DNA of 64,000 nt, taken from a virus. How positions within the stretch are numbered: the first letter of the stretch is position 1; the number at the start of each line of letters is the position of its first letter. Under the pieces are notes generated by a model that had not been told where the DNA came from, ran no database searches, and saw only the letters and a program-made list of their open reading frames with translations. Where the stretch lies: IMG/VR virus record IMGVR_UViG_3300028800_000062, positions 64,001 through 128,000 of that record; one strand, written 5' to 3'. The translations under genes and the position numbers were made by a program. Of this stretch, positions 38,752 through 48,104 are shown one piece after another.

Positions 38752-41195
38752 TACCTCGGTACGTTGACCAGGGAAGGCAGAATGAGCGCGCCTCCCAGTC
38801 GATTGATGTTGAGCCGGCCCATATTCGGGCGCAGATAGTCCGATACTCCGGAGTTGTCATTGATTGTTGGCGGAGGAGCCAGGCTGAGGAGAATCTGGTT
38901 GCTGATGACACCCGTATCGGGGGCCATCACACTCAGCGTGACGTGACCGACAAAAGCCAGGAAGAAGCTGCCTATGGTGCTTGATTGCGGCAACGCCGTG
39001 GGAAATACCAGGCTGGATACAAATCCGCTGAATGCCGGATCGGTGGAAGCGTGGCCCTGGGCATCCAGCGCTTGCAGGGGAAGGACCGGCTGGTTGCCGG
39101 CCATCCATAAGGCCCGCGCTCCGTTGGTGGTGTAACCTGCAGTACCCGGCGTCCCACTGACAGACCACGCGATCTCGCCTAGATTGGGATCTGCGCCTAC
39201 CATGCCGAAGAACGGATTATTGTTGGCCACCTGATACAGGCGCACCAGCCATCCATCGTCGACGTTCCACAGTTGCTGCAGGGCGATCTGCGTCGGCAGA
39301 TGCACCGTGGCGCCGGATACGGAGCTGAGCGCCAGATACTGCCCGTACACCTGCGGAGGCAGATACAGGAAAGTGGCTGTTCCATCACCGCCGGTTACCA
39401 GGGACACGGCCTGAGACACGGGATTCTGATAATTGATGCTGCCTTGGAAGTCCGAAGTGACCAACAGCTCGAGTTCCGCGTTAGGCACTTCTTCATCAGT
39501 TGAGTATCCGTATGCCGCGGCGAGCAGCATGGCATAATCGTTCTCGTAGTAGACCGGCCCGAAGGACACCAGGTCCACCATCAACGCGTAGGACTGGGGT
39601 GTTATGATCCTGGGCTTGTCCGCGAACAATTGGATGGACTGCACTCTCCGGCGGCGGTGGTCGAGGAACAGGTAGCCTCCTGCAATTCCCGCAAAGGCAG
39701 GGTTCAGGTCCACGGCTGTTAACAGTGCGTCGGTGCTGGGGTTCCCGGCCGCCTCGTAAATGACGGCAACGGCCGGCGTGGCGTCCACATAGATGTCCCG
39801 GCCGGGAGCATCCAGGGGAAAGTTAATGGTAAGTTTCCCGGAAGTCGGATCATAACTCCAGGTAGAAACCGTTTCTTCCAGATATTGTCCGAAGGCACCC
39901 AGAAACACACGCAGGATCTGACCTACCGGAAATATGGGGATGTTATAGATTCCGCTGGGACCTTCCGGGGCTGTACCTACAAAGAGCGTGGGCAAAGTGA
40001 AGGCCTGGTTGAGAGTCACCGTACCCTGTGTGCGGTTGATGAGATACTGATAAGCTGGACCGTCTGGATCGAAGCTTCCTACCTGATACTGGTATTCTGT
40101 GCTGGCGCGGTATTCCTGCCGGTAGTCGATGCCGTAAGTGCCAACAAATACAGGCAGTTGCGGCTTGACGCCCTGACTCAGGGTCAGTACCTGTCCGTTG
40201 TCGGTGACCGGGAAGATCTCGAGCTGGCCGGCGTCCGAAGGCAGGTAATAGCGGTCGGGGCCTATGAAATATGTCCCTGGATTGATCCGTGGGCGAATAG
40301 CGTGAGGAGTGTCCGCGTCGAGCGACTTCTCAATGTCAATCACCGCTAGGTCATTGCCATCGCCGATGCCTGAGATGAACTTCTCCAATCCGATCGCTGT
40401 GACATCCAGGTCCCAGGTCGTCGGCATAACCGTCTGGGCGTTGGCAGAACTCTGGTCACGCCAGCGGTAGGATCCCCAGTTAAAACCTGGCAGCTGCTCC
40501 GGGATCTGCCTGCTGGCCGGAAACACCCGGAAGATCTGGTCTAAGGTTTCATCGCCGCGATACACGTGGCCGGGAGCGCTGGCACTGATTCCAGTGAACC
40601 CTAATTCGGGGATGGAGAACTGACTGGTGGATAATCCCCAGTCGGTCAATTCTCCAGCATCGCCGGCGGGCACAGTGATCTGGACATCGACCTGGGCCAG
40701 CACAGACGGGTTGGCCCCATCCATGGAAGACCCGGACTGGAAACTGAACAAGGCAGGCGTCCCGGGGATGCCAAACCGGGTACTTCCACCGGGCCGCAAA
40801 GCCAGGCTGACGCTCCCTGAAGAGGACATTACCAACAAGCCGGTGGCGCCGGTATACGTCAGGATTGGATACACCGAGGAGCCAGCCGGCAGGATCATCG
40901 GAATGGATCCCGATCCCGTGGCCGGAATTCCGGACAGCACCGATCCTGTTTTACCGGTGTAGCTGATGACGGCACCCAGGATCGAGAGATGGCCGGCCAC
41001 GGGAAGTGCGCCGGTATCCGATACGTACAAGGTAGTGTCCCCGGGATTGGCCGTTGCCATCAGGAGAACCGAGTAGGTGTCCGCCAGCCATAACGAGAAC
41101 GTCTTGGTGATCCCTTTGGTGGGAGCCAGTACCCAGAGCGGATTGCTGCCGGTTACCGGTATGGTCAGGGCTGCATCTTTGAAGAAAGTAAGCAT
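38748..41195 (-). CDS. Putative baseplate/tail structural protein
   Basis: 815 aa, beta-rich with Ig-like segments; coupled to neighbours. Confidence 0.55.
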   Translation of the reverse strand: MLTFFKDAALTIPVTGSNPLWVLAPTKGITKTFSLWLADTYSVLLMATANPGDTTLYVSDTGALPVAGHLSILGAVISYTGKTGSVLSGIPATGSGSIPMILPAGSSVYPILTYTGATGLLVMSSSGSVSLALRPGGSTRFGIPGTPALFSFQSGSSMDGANPSVLAQVDVQITVPAGDAGELTDWGLSTSQFSIPELGFTGISASAPGHVYRGDETLDQIFRVFPASRQIPEQLPGFNWGSYRWRDQSSANAQTVMPTTWDLDVTAIGLEKFISGIGDGNDLAVIDIEKSLDADTPHAIRPRINPGTYFIGPDRYYLPSDAGQLEIFPVTDNGQVLTLSQGVKPQLPVFVGTYGIDYRQEYRASTEYQYQVGSFDPDGPAYQYLINRTQGTVTLNQAFTLPTLFVGTAPEGPSGIYNIPIFPVGQILRVFLGAFGQYLEETVSTWSYDPTSGKLTINFPLDAPGRDIYVDATPAVAVIYEAAGNPSTDALLTAVDLNPAFAGIAGGYLFLDHRRRRVQSIQLFADKPRIITPQSYALMVDLVSFGPVYYENDYAMLLAAAYGYSTDEEVPNAELELLVTSDFQGSINYQNPVSQAVSLVTGGDGTATFLYLPPQVYGQYLALSSVSGATVHLPTQIALQQLWNVDDGWLVRLYQVANNNPFFGMVGADPNLGEIAWSVSGTPGTAGYTTNGARALWMAGNQPVLPLQALDAQGHASTDPAFSGFVSSLVFPTALPQSSTIGSFFLAFVGHVTLSVMAPDTGVISNQILLSLAPPPTINDNSGVSDYLRPNMGRLNINRLGGALILPSLVNVPRY

Positions 41196-41198
41196 GAC

Positions 41199-41993
41199 TT
41201 AGTCGCCCCAGTAGCTTTGGTCTAGGCCCATAACGTTCCACAGATATTCCTGTAACTGATACACAATCTGGCCGTTGCTGCCGGTTGCGATCCGGGCCAT
41301 TCCTGGATCCGTGAGTGAGATCAAACCGACAGGCGCCGCGATCAAACTGTAGGGCAACAGCCTGTATTGATAGGTGATCTGACAGTCGTCCGGCACCGGA
41401 CTGGCGAACCGCAGGGTTTGTCCGTCGGCACTGTAAGCGTATGCAGGTACTGTGACGCTAAAGCTCTCCGACCCCTGAACCAGTGCGCCATACTGCAGAT
41501 GCACGGTCTGGCCTGAGATGTTCTCCGCCAGGATCTGGTTGGTGTTGGACTGTCGCACCAGTTGCAGCGTCAGCCCATCCTCGCCGAGCAGTGTCGCAGA
41601 AAAGCCGGCCACCAGGTTGATGGCGTCTGTAAGTCCGGAGAATGTCTGCCATTGCCAGAAATTGTCCACCGTGAGCGTCACCAGCGGAAGGGTGACGGGG
41701 ACGCCTGCAGTTGTGAGGACCAAACCAGCCAGGGAACTGGTGATCGTCGAGTCGGCGGGACCGTTGATCTGAATGGCCTGGGACATGGATAGCCCTAGAG
41801 CCAGGCAGATCTGATTCATCAAACCTATGTAGCTGGCGTCCCGCCGGGAAATCACCGCCAGTGCCAGCCGGTCGAGGTAATCCGCCGCCGGCTCGCCGGG
41901 TAGACGATCGATGCCCACCAGCACACCCAGGGAGTCCGCGTAGGTGGAGCTGTTGATCTGTTGGATGTTTGGGCCTGTAACTTCGACGATCAC
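41199..41993 (-). CDS. Putative baseplate wedge protein
   Basis: DSLGVLVGIDRLPGEPAADYLDRL matches the wedge LDxxGxxxGxxR..E...YRxR motif; GTG start overlaps the upstream stop. Confidence 0.6.
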   Translation of the reverse strand: MIVEVTGPNIQQINSSTYADSLGVLVGIDRLPGEPAADYLDRLALAVISRRDASYIGLMNQICLALGLSMSQAIQINGPADSTITSSLAGLVLTTAGVPVTLPLVTLTVDNFWQWQTFSGLTDAINLVAGFSATLLGEDGLTLQLVRQSNTNQILAENISGQTVHLQYGALVQGSESFSVTVPAYAYSADGQTLRFASPVPDDCQITYQYRLLPYSLIAAPVGLISLTDPGMARIATGSNGQIVYQLQEYLWNVMGLDQSYWGD

Positions 41994-42118
41994 TTGGATC
42001 CTTTCTTCTTGGGAAGCGGCGGAGGCCAGTGTTCCGGCCGGCCAGGCTTCCACAGATCGTTGGGGCGTTGTGGTGCAATGATGCCGTATTTCCGTGGTCT
42101 TGCTGTAGCGCTTTTCAT
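41990..42118 (-). CDS. Small basic Pro-rich peptide (42 aa, MKSATARPRKYG...PPPLPKKKGSK)
   Basis: ATGA overlap upstream and GTGA overlap downstream; absent from the ORF track. Confidence 0.5.
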   Translation of the reverse strand: MKSATARPRKYGIIAPQRPNDLWKPGRPEHWPPPLPKKKGSK

Positions 42119-43611
42119 GCGGTCAACCTGATGGAATCGTATTGATCCGTGGTGTACACGGACCGTGAACCTGGATCGAAGATGTATGCGTCGTACTGGA
42201 AACGCACCGGCACCAGATAACTGCCGGTCCAGATCCAGGGGCGCTGCCGGGCATCAAAACCCAGACCGGCGATATCAGAAACTACTTCGCTTAGATCCAG
42301 CTGCACGGCCGAAAAGGCGAAGTTGCCGTAAACCTGCACGTCCTGAGTGATGAGGTTATTCAGATCGGAGCACTCCAGGGTGAACACGTAGGTTCCCGTC
42401 CACGGCAGTTGCAGGCTCATGTTGGGCAGTGGCCCTCCGATCCATCCGGAAGCACCATCCAAACTGGCCAGAGTACCGGAAGACGTCACTACGTAGCTCA
42501 TTCCATTCGGAGCATCTACCCGCAACCGGCACTGCCTCAGGTTGCCTGAGGTCTCGTGTGGAATGGCATGGATAGCCACCGCGGCAATCTGCCCCACATG
42601 GGTTTGATCGTAAGACAAGCTCAAACTGTACAGGGGCTCGGTGGTGATGACTGCCCGGCTCAACATGTCCGGCATCGGTTCCCGCCGGTCGGCGTAATAC
42701 AGGTTGGTGCCCGCGTAGAGGAACAAACCGTATGTGTTCGGTTCGACCGTCAGGCCAAGCATGTTGGATGGCAGCAGGCAGCTGTGCACAACCTCAAATC
42801 CGGACCAGCGGTTGATGGCGTAGACTTCCTGCAGGTGCAGGGAATCCAAAGTCCAATAACGCCGGAAGGTTACGTCCCGGTAGGCGGCCAGCGAGACCGG
42901 CCGCATATCGTCGGGCTGGTAGGGGCAACCAAATGGAAACAGCAGCACCTGAAGGGTGGCGCCGGACGGTAATCCGAAGACCTGAATATCATCGACGGAC
43001 TGCCAGGTCCCGCGCGTGCTGAACAATCCATTGTCATTGATCGAAACCGTTTCCGATTGCGATAGTAGGTCGGCCGCCCAGTAGTCACAAGGATAAGTCC
43101 GGCCTTTAAGGATTACCGTGATATTACTGCTGAAGTTTCCCAGGTCGGTGACCCAGAAATAGAGCTGATTGGGCAGAGGGAGGTCCAGAGATCCGCCATC
43201 CTGAGGATCGTCCGTGCCGCTGAAAGTAATCAGCACAGGGTCGCCGCAGGCTACCGTAGAGCGATCCGGGTCGGGCACTATGGCCGTGGGGACCGGAATC
43301 GTATCGTCGTAGGGTTGTAGGCTGACGTAAGTGCCGTTGCGGAGGCCTTCGACTTTAGTGGGCCCGGTTGCAGGCAGGCTCATAGGCACCGGAACCCTGT
43401 AGTAGATTCCGCGGCCGTCCAGATTGGCCGGGCAGGTGTCGAAGGACTGCGCGTCGATCTCCCGCTGCATGCGAGTTTCGCCTTCCTCGAGTGATATGGC
43501 CGCGGCATTGAGCAGTTGCCCGTCCAACGTGAACGGTAATTCTCTGCTGCGTGGGTCCAGGTGGTCGAAGTAATTGCGCAGTGCCTGCGTGCGGTGAGAA
43601 TGATGAATCAT
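42115..43611 (-). CDS. Putative baseplate structural protein
   Basis: 498-aa ORF downstream of baseplate J. Confidence 0.5.
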   Translation of the reverse strand: MIHHSHRTQALRNYFDHLDPRSRELPFTLDGQLLNAAAISLEEGETRMQREIDAQSFDTCPANLDGRGIYYRVPVPMSLPATGPTKVEGLRNGTYVSLQPYDDTIPVPTAIVPDPDRSTVACGDPVLITFSGTDDPQDGGSLDLPLPNQLYFWVTDLGNFSSNITVILKGRTYPCDYWAADLLSQSETVSINDNGLFSTRGTWQSVDDIQVFGLPSGATLQVLLFPFGCPYQPDDMRPVSLAAYRDVTFRRYWTLDSLHLQEVYAINRWSGFEVVHSCLLPSNMLGLTVEPNTYGLFLYAGTNLYYADRREPMPDMLSRAVITTEPLYSLSLSYDQTHVGQIAAVAIHAIPHETSGNLRQCRLRVDAPNGMSYVVTSSGTLASLDGASGWIGGPLPNMSLQLPWTGTYVFTLECSDLNNLITQDVQVYGNFAFSAVQLDLSEVVSDIAGLGFDARQRPWIWTGSYLVPVRFQYDAYIFDPGSRSVYTTDQYDSIRLTA

Positions 43612-44102
43612 CAGAATGTGCGCCCGATACCGAGTTCAAACTTGGAAGTCATGGAAGATCCACTCGAAACAGCCTTCACGCCGACTGTAAACATGGTCTG
43701 CTTCCGAGAATAGGCCAGCATGCCTCCGCCGGAGAATGTTCCTACCATGGACGGGCTGGTGGAACTGCCTCCATCGGCCAGGGCAATGAGTGAAAAGGGA
43801 CCGGATACAGCTACTACCATCGCTACGCCGGTGCGGACCTGGGATTGCTGTCCGGTCATTTCGATCGTGGTCATGGAGTAAAGTCCCCCCACACAGCCAT
43901 AGACCGGGTTTTCTGACGCAGTGCAGACCTGCACACCAAGCTTGATGCCGAAGGTAACCCATCCTACCGCCACCGGGGATCCGTAGGGAGTCACCCCGGC
44001 GCCCGCGAAGGCAAAGTAACTGGTCTGGGAAACCGGTGGAGTTACAGGAGTTTGCGCGAAGATCGGAAGCACGAACAGAAGAACGGCAAGTAGGCGTCTC
44101 AT
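43611..44102 (-). CDS. Putative small outer-membrane beta-barrel protein
   Basis: Signal MRRLLAVLLFVLPIFA|Q; amphipathic strands; C-terminal FELGIGRTF resembles a BAM beta-signal. Confidence 0.6.
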   Translation of the reverse strand: MRRLLAVLLFVLPIFAQTPVTPPVSQTSYFAFAGAGVTPYGSPVAVGWVTFGIKLGVQVCTASENPVYGCVGGLYSMTTIEMTGQQSQVRTGVAMVVAVSGPFSLIALADGGSSTSPSMVGTFSGGGMLAYSRKQTMFTVGVKAVSSGSSMTSKFELGIGRTF

Positions 44103-44114
44103 TAGAACCTTTCC

Positions 44115-45314
44115 TTAATTAGTGATGGCTAGGGAAATTGCAGTGGGAATCTCTTCCGTGATTACTCGTTCTCCCAGAGCTGGAGTGTAGTTCGCAATCA
44201 GGAAGCGGCTATAGCGGGTGCCGTCTGTACGGCTGCGCCAGATGAGTACATTGCCCAACGGACGGTTCGGGTCTCCCACATCTAGGATCCTCGAGTCTGA
44301 GTTCAGGATCTGGTCGGCGATATCGTTCAGCACCAAGGTGTCACCGATAGCCAGATTGTTGATGTAGTTCTCGACAGCGGAAACCGCGGCCGCTACGATG
44401 GAGGTCTGGTCACTCTGACTGGCAGATGCCGTCAGGGTCAGGGTGGTCGCCAGGCTGATCCCCACCAGATCCGGCGCCACGGCAATACCCGTGAGCGGAA
44501 AGGCGACCGTGTTGTTGATTGCCTGCTGTACACTCTGTAACAGCGCCGCCGAACCATCCGAAGCAATGCCGTAGACATAACAGGTGAACGTGCCCGCGGC
44601 CGGCGCAAACACTACGTCCTGAATCCCAGGAATCTGCAGGATCTGAAAGCGCAGCGCCGCCTCATTGGCTCCATTCTGCGCCTGCAGCTTTAATCTGATC
44701 CGATACCGGTAATCATCATCGAGCTCGGCATCGCGCCCGCCCACAATTCCATAATTGTTGGTCACCAACAGCGACCCATACCGGCTCTCGGTATAGTTGG
44801 TGAAATTCGACTGCGAGAAGATCCCGGAGGCCGCGTTGCCCGCCGCGCCCGAATACAGAGCCGTGGCACTAAAGGACATCGAGCTGGCCGCCGCCGGCAG
44901 CGTCATAGGGTCCGCGATATACACCGGCCCGTTCACCCCCGCCGCCGTATAAATGCGCACCCCCGAAGGAATCACAATGTCCTGGCCACTGTTGATTGAA
45001 CCAAAAGTCCCATTGCGGACAAACCACTCAAAGTTCTGATCGCCAATATCCACGCTGGCAGTCTGCTGCGCCAGGCGCGGCACACCGAAGATCTCCCCGA
45101 TCAAATCCAGGCTGGTATCGGTGGCAAAAGGCAGAAGCGACTGGGCAATATTCAGGAACTGGCGGTTCTCCAGCTCGGCCAGCTCGTTGGCCACGATGTC
45201 GCCGAACGCCCGCGCCTTGCCTCCCGGCGCCAGCTGCCGGATGCCGGTGGCGGAGAGGGCAGCCAGGATGTCGGATTGGTAACCGGAATAGTTCTTCGGA
45301 GACTGAATAGCCAT
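44115..45314 (-). CDS. Baseplate J-like protein
   Basis: ATDTSLDLIGEIFGVPR, GAAGN, GGRDAELDDDYRYRI, IPGIQDV are hallmark baseplate J motifs; start reassigned to MAIQSPK. Confidence 0.9.
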   Translation of the reverse strand: MAIQSPKNYSGYQSDILAALSATGIRQLAPGGKARAFGDIVANELAELENRQFLNIAQSLLPFATDTSLDLIGEIFGVPRLAQQTASVDIGDQNFEWFVRNGTFGSINSGQDIVIPSGVRIYTAAGVNGPVYIADPMTLPAAASSMSFSATALYSGAAGNAASGIFSQSNFTNYTESRYGSLLVTNNYGIVGGRDAELDDDYRYRIRLKLQAQNGANEAALRFQILQIPGIQDVVFAPAAGTFTCYVYGIASDGSAALLQSVQQAINNTVAFPLTGIAVAPDLVGISLATTLTLTASASQSDQTSIVAAAVSAVENYINNLAIGDTLVLNDIADQILNSDSRILDVGDPNRPLGNVLIWRSRTDGTRYSRFLIANYTPALGERVITEEIPTAISLAITN

Positions 45315-45322
45315 AAGAGCGC

Positions 45323-45811
45323 CTATTGCCCCATGATGGGAATGATCTGCACGGAGGATCCGAGATCGGTGAATACCTGGGTTGAAATGATGCTGGCCCC
45401 GTTCAGCGTGTTCCAGGTGGGTGGCAACTGTGGGCAGCTGTTGGTCTGGCAATAGGTCTGTAGGGCAGGTACTCCAATCAATCGAATGGAAGCTTGCATC
45501 AGCAGATCCTGTATCGAGGAGAATTTGGCTTTAACCACGAAGGAGCCATCAGCTTGTTGTATCTTCCAAGTTTGCCCGGTAACGAATGACTGCAGGGCAC
45601 TAACTTGATAGTTTGGCAACGGCTGAATCACCACAATTGGAACCGGCGCCGGGGTTGGGGTGCGCATATCGAGTGTGATCATGGTGACGGTGCCTGGTTG
45701 AAATGTCTGGCAGGTCTGCGCCCCGGTGCCTAAAGACCAGCATACGTTCACTGGTTGTTGAGCCAGCATCGTGATTGCACCGGCCAAAAGTAAGAGAATG
45801 ACTTTCTTCAT
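45323..45811 (-). CDS. Exported protein downstream of tail fibre
   Basis: Start reassigned to MKKVILLLLAGAITMLA|QQ (SD GAGG); two Cys pairs. Confidence 0.65.
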   Translation of the reverse strand: MKKVILLLLAGAITMLAQQPVNVCWSLGTGAQTCQTFQPGTVTMITLDMRTPTPAPVPIVVIQPLPNYQVSALQSFVTGQTWKIQQADGSFVVKAKFSSIQDLLMQASIRLIGVPALQTYCQTNSCPQLPPTWNTLNGASIISTQVFTDLGSSVQIIPIMGQ

Positions 45812-45818
45812 CGTTGCC

Positions 45819-48104
45819 TCAGAACTGAGTAAGAGTGTGGAAACTATACACGCCGCTGGCGGACTTGCCGCAAACCTGCTCGTTATCGCCCAGCAGGTCG
45901 TCCTCGACGAAGAAATGCTGACCACGAGTGGTCTGGTTACACATTAGGGGCTGGGACACATCCACCGGCTGTACTGTTTGCACCGCTAGATTCTTTACAG
46001 CATTAACCAACACGTAAGTCAGCGCACCTGGGTTGAGATCGTAGAGCTGCGTAGGCTCCGCGTCGGTGGGATTCAACTTCGCCGAAAAGGTCCCAACGCT
46101 GTACGGGATTACGTTCATAGCATCCTGAGCCAGCAATCCGATGCCGGTCATGCCGGCGGTCAAACCAGCCAGGCCGTTGTATTCAAACGCCACCGGATTC
46201 AAAGCATTGATAGTACTGAGGCCGTCAAGAAAAGGTCGGATATTGGTCTTCAGCCGGGCATCTGAATATACGGTCCAGGTAGCGGTAGCGGCTTTGGATG
46301 CTGAGTCGGTAGATAGTTCCAACTGATGGGTGGGGTTGGTGACACCGATTCCGATGTTGCCACTTGAATTGATAAAGAGGCGCGTACCGCCGGCGGTGGC
46401 CAGGGCGATTGAAGCGTTTGCATCGCCATTATTGATAGTAAAATCCCCGGTTGCGTGCTTTAGAATGTCCACGATGGCGATGCCGGTCCCTGCCGAGTTT
46501 TCCGTAATCATACGCAGATCGAAGCCACTCGCGGCAGGTGCGGTATTGGAATTGTATAAGTCTAGGTAACCTAAGGAAGCGTTGGAGCTGAGGAACCTTC
46601 CTACGCTGGAATTGGAACCTTCCGCTTGAAAGATGTAAGTAGGATTTGTGACCCCGATGCCTAGACTTCCACCGGCTGTCCATCGACCGTACTCCGTGAA
46701 CGTTTGCGTAGAACCGTTAAATTTGCCGAATGCAATGTTCCCACCAGCAGCCCCGGCGTAGATTTGCAGCGTACTCGCCGCGATTCCCAGTCCGTATGAA
46801 TCGACTCCGCCTGAATCGTAGACGTACAACTTATTCGATGCAACGGATGACCCGAGAGACAACAGTGCACTTGGAGCAGTTGTTCCGACGCCTACATTCC
46901 CTCCGGTATAATCCGCGGTCGATCCATTCAGAGTCCACAGTCCCACATTGTTCGGGATGCCGCTCAGACGCGCCCAAGGTACTGTACCTGAAGACAGCGT
47001 GCCAACAGCTGTAATGAAACTACTCCCGGCCCAGGTAGAGAGCGCTGTGTTCTGCACGTTGCCAAGGCCCACTTTGTTGGCGCTGATGTTTAGCCAGGGG
47101 GGATCGCTGTAGGAACCGTTGGTGTAAACCCCATTGGTCACCGTACTCGCGTTCGTAGCCGTGGTGGCGTTGCCTGAGATGTTGATGGAATAGGTCCCGC
47201 TGGTGATCTTCGTCGCATAGTTCCCGGCGGCCAGAGCTGCGATCGGAATGCTCGCCGCGGTCAGGCCCGCTCCGGACCCGTTGAATTGACCGGTGATCGT
47301 TGCGTTACCCGCCACCTGTAAGGTATCGATCCCATTATCGGTGGCAGTTCCAGCCAACACCCGACCGGTATAAGACAGAGCCCCGCTCAGGACGGTCCAG
47401 GGGTTGGCCGCGTTGGTCACGGTGGATATAGAAGTCACGCGGCCAGCAGCATCGATGGTAAGGACTGGGATGGCAGAGGTACTGCCGTAGGTACCTACCG
47501 CGGCGCCGGAGGCCGGCAGCTGCGACACGCTGATGGAAGGGGAGCACCAGAATGGAGGACCGGCTACTGAACCATTTCCCTGAGAACACAACGTATGGAT
47601 CGTGGTTGAATTCAGACCGTGCAGGATCGAAAGAGCATTATCACCCGATCCGTAGATCAGATCGCCGACGGCGTAGTGGGAATTGCCTATATCCATGAAT
47701 GCGGTGGGGTCGTTGGCCAGCGGAATCGCGGTAGAGAGGTTCCAGGTAGGACCTGCGATCATATAATTCTGCGTATAGACCAGCTGGCTACCCGCGTAAA
47801 TATTCACCTGATAGTAGGTCTGTCCAAGTACGGTGCCGCAGGAGATGATGTCGTTGCCCACCAGGGTTCCGCGCAGGATGCCGGCCGGGTTGGGGACCAT
47901 GGTCGCCGTAGCCGGCACGATGATGGAGGAGCCTATAACCAGGGGGATATTGCCGCCGCAGTTCTCCAGGGTGAATTGCACGGTGCGATTGGAGCTCATC
48001 GGCTGCCCGGTGAGATTCACGATGTTGCCGCTGATCACCGTGGCCGGAAGGGAACGAAGCAGGAGCAATAGGCCGGCGGCCAAACGTAAATAACGCAAGG
48101 TCAA
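45819..48104 (-). CDS. Tail fibre with C-terminal intramolecular chaperone (peptidase S74) and N-terminal signal peptide
   Basis: GNVGVGTTAP/GNIGIGVTNP repeats; YSDARLKTNI..LNPVAFEY..GLLAQD S74 motif; N-terminus MTLRYLRLAAGLLLLLRSLPA. Confidence 0.85.
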   Translation of the reverse strand: MTLRYLRLAAGLLLLLRSLPATVISGNIVNLTGQPMSSNRTVQFTLENCGGNIPLVIGSSIIVPATATMVPNPAGILRGTLVGNDIISCGTVLGQTYYQVNIYAGSQLVYTQNYMIAGPTWNLSTAIPLANDPTAFMDIGNSHYAVGDLIYGSGDNALSILHGLNSTTIHTLCSQGNGSVAGPPFWCSPSISVSQLPASGAAVGTYGSTSAIPVLTIDAAGRVTSISTVTNAANPWTVLSGALSYTGRVLAGTATDNGIDTLQVAGNATITGQFNGSGAGLTAASIPIAALAAGNYATKITSGTYSINISGNATTATNASTVTNGVYTNGSYSDPPWLNISANKVGLGNVQNTALSTWAGSSFITAVGTLSSGTVPWARLSGIPNNVGLWTLNGSTADYTGGNVGVGTTAPSALLSLGSSVASNKLYVYDSGGVDSYGLGIAASTLQIYAGAAGGNIAFGKFNGSTQTFTEYGRWTAGGSLGIGVTNPTYIFQAEGSNSSVGRFLSSNASLGYLDLYNSNTAPAASGFDLRMITENSAGTGIAIVDILKHATGDFTINNGDANASIALATAGGTRLFINSSGNIGIGVTNPTHQLELSTDSASKAATATWTVYSDARLKTNIRPFLDGLSTINALNPVAFEYNGLAGLTAGMTGIGLLAQDAMNVIPYSVGTFSAKLNPTDAEPTQLYDLNPGALTYVLVNAVKNLAVQTVQPVDVSQPLMCNQTTRGQHFFVEDDLLGDNEQVCGKSASGVYSFHTLTQF

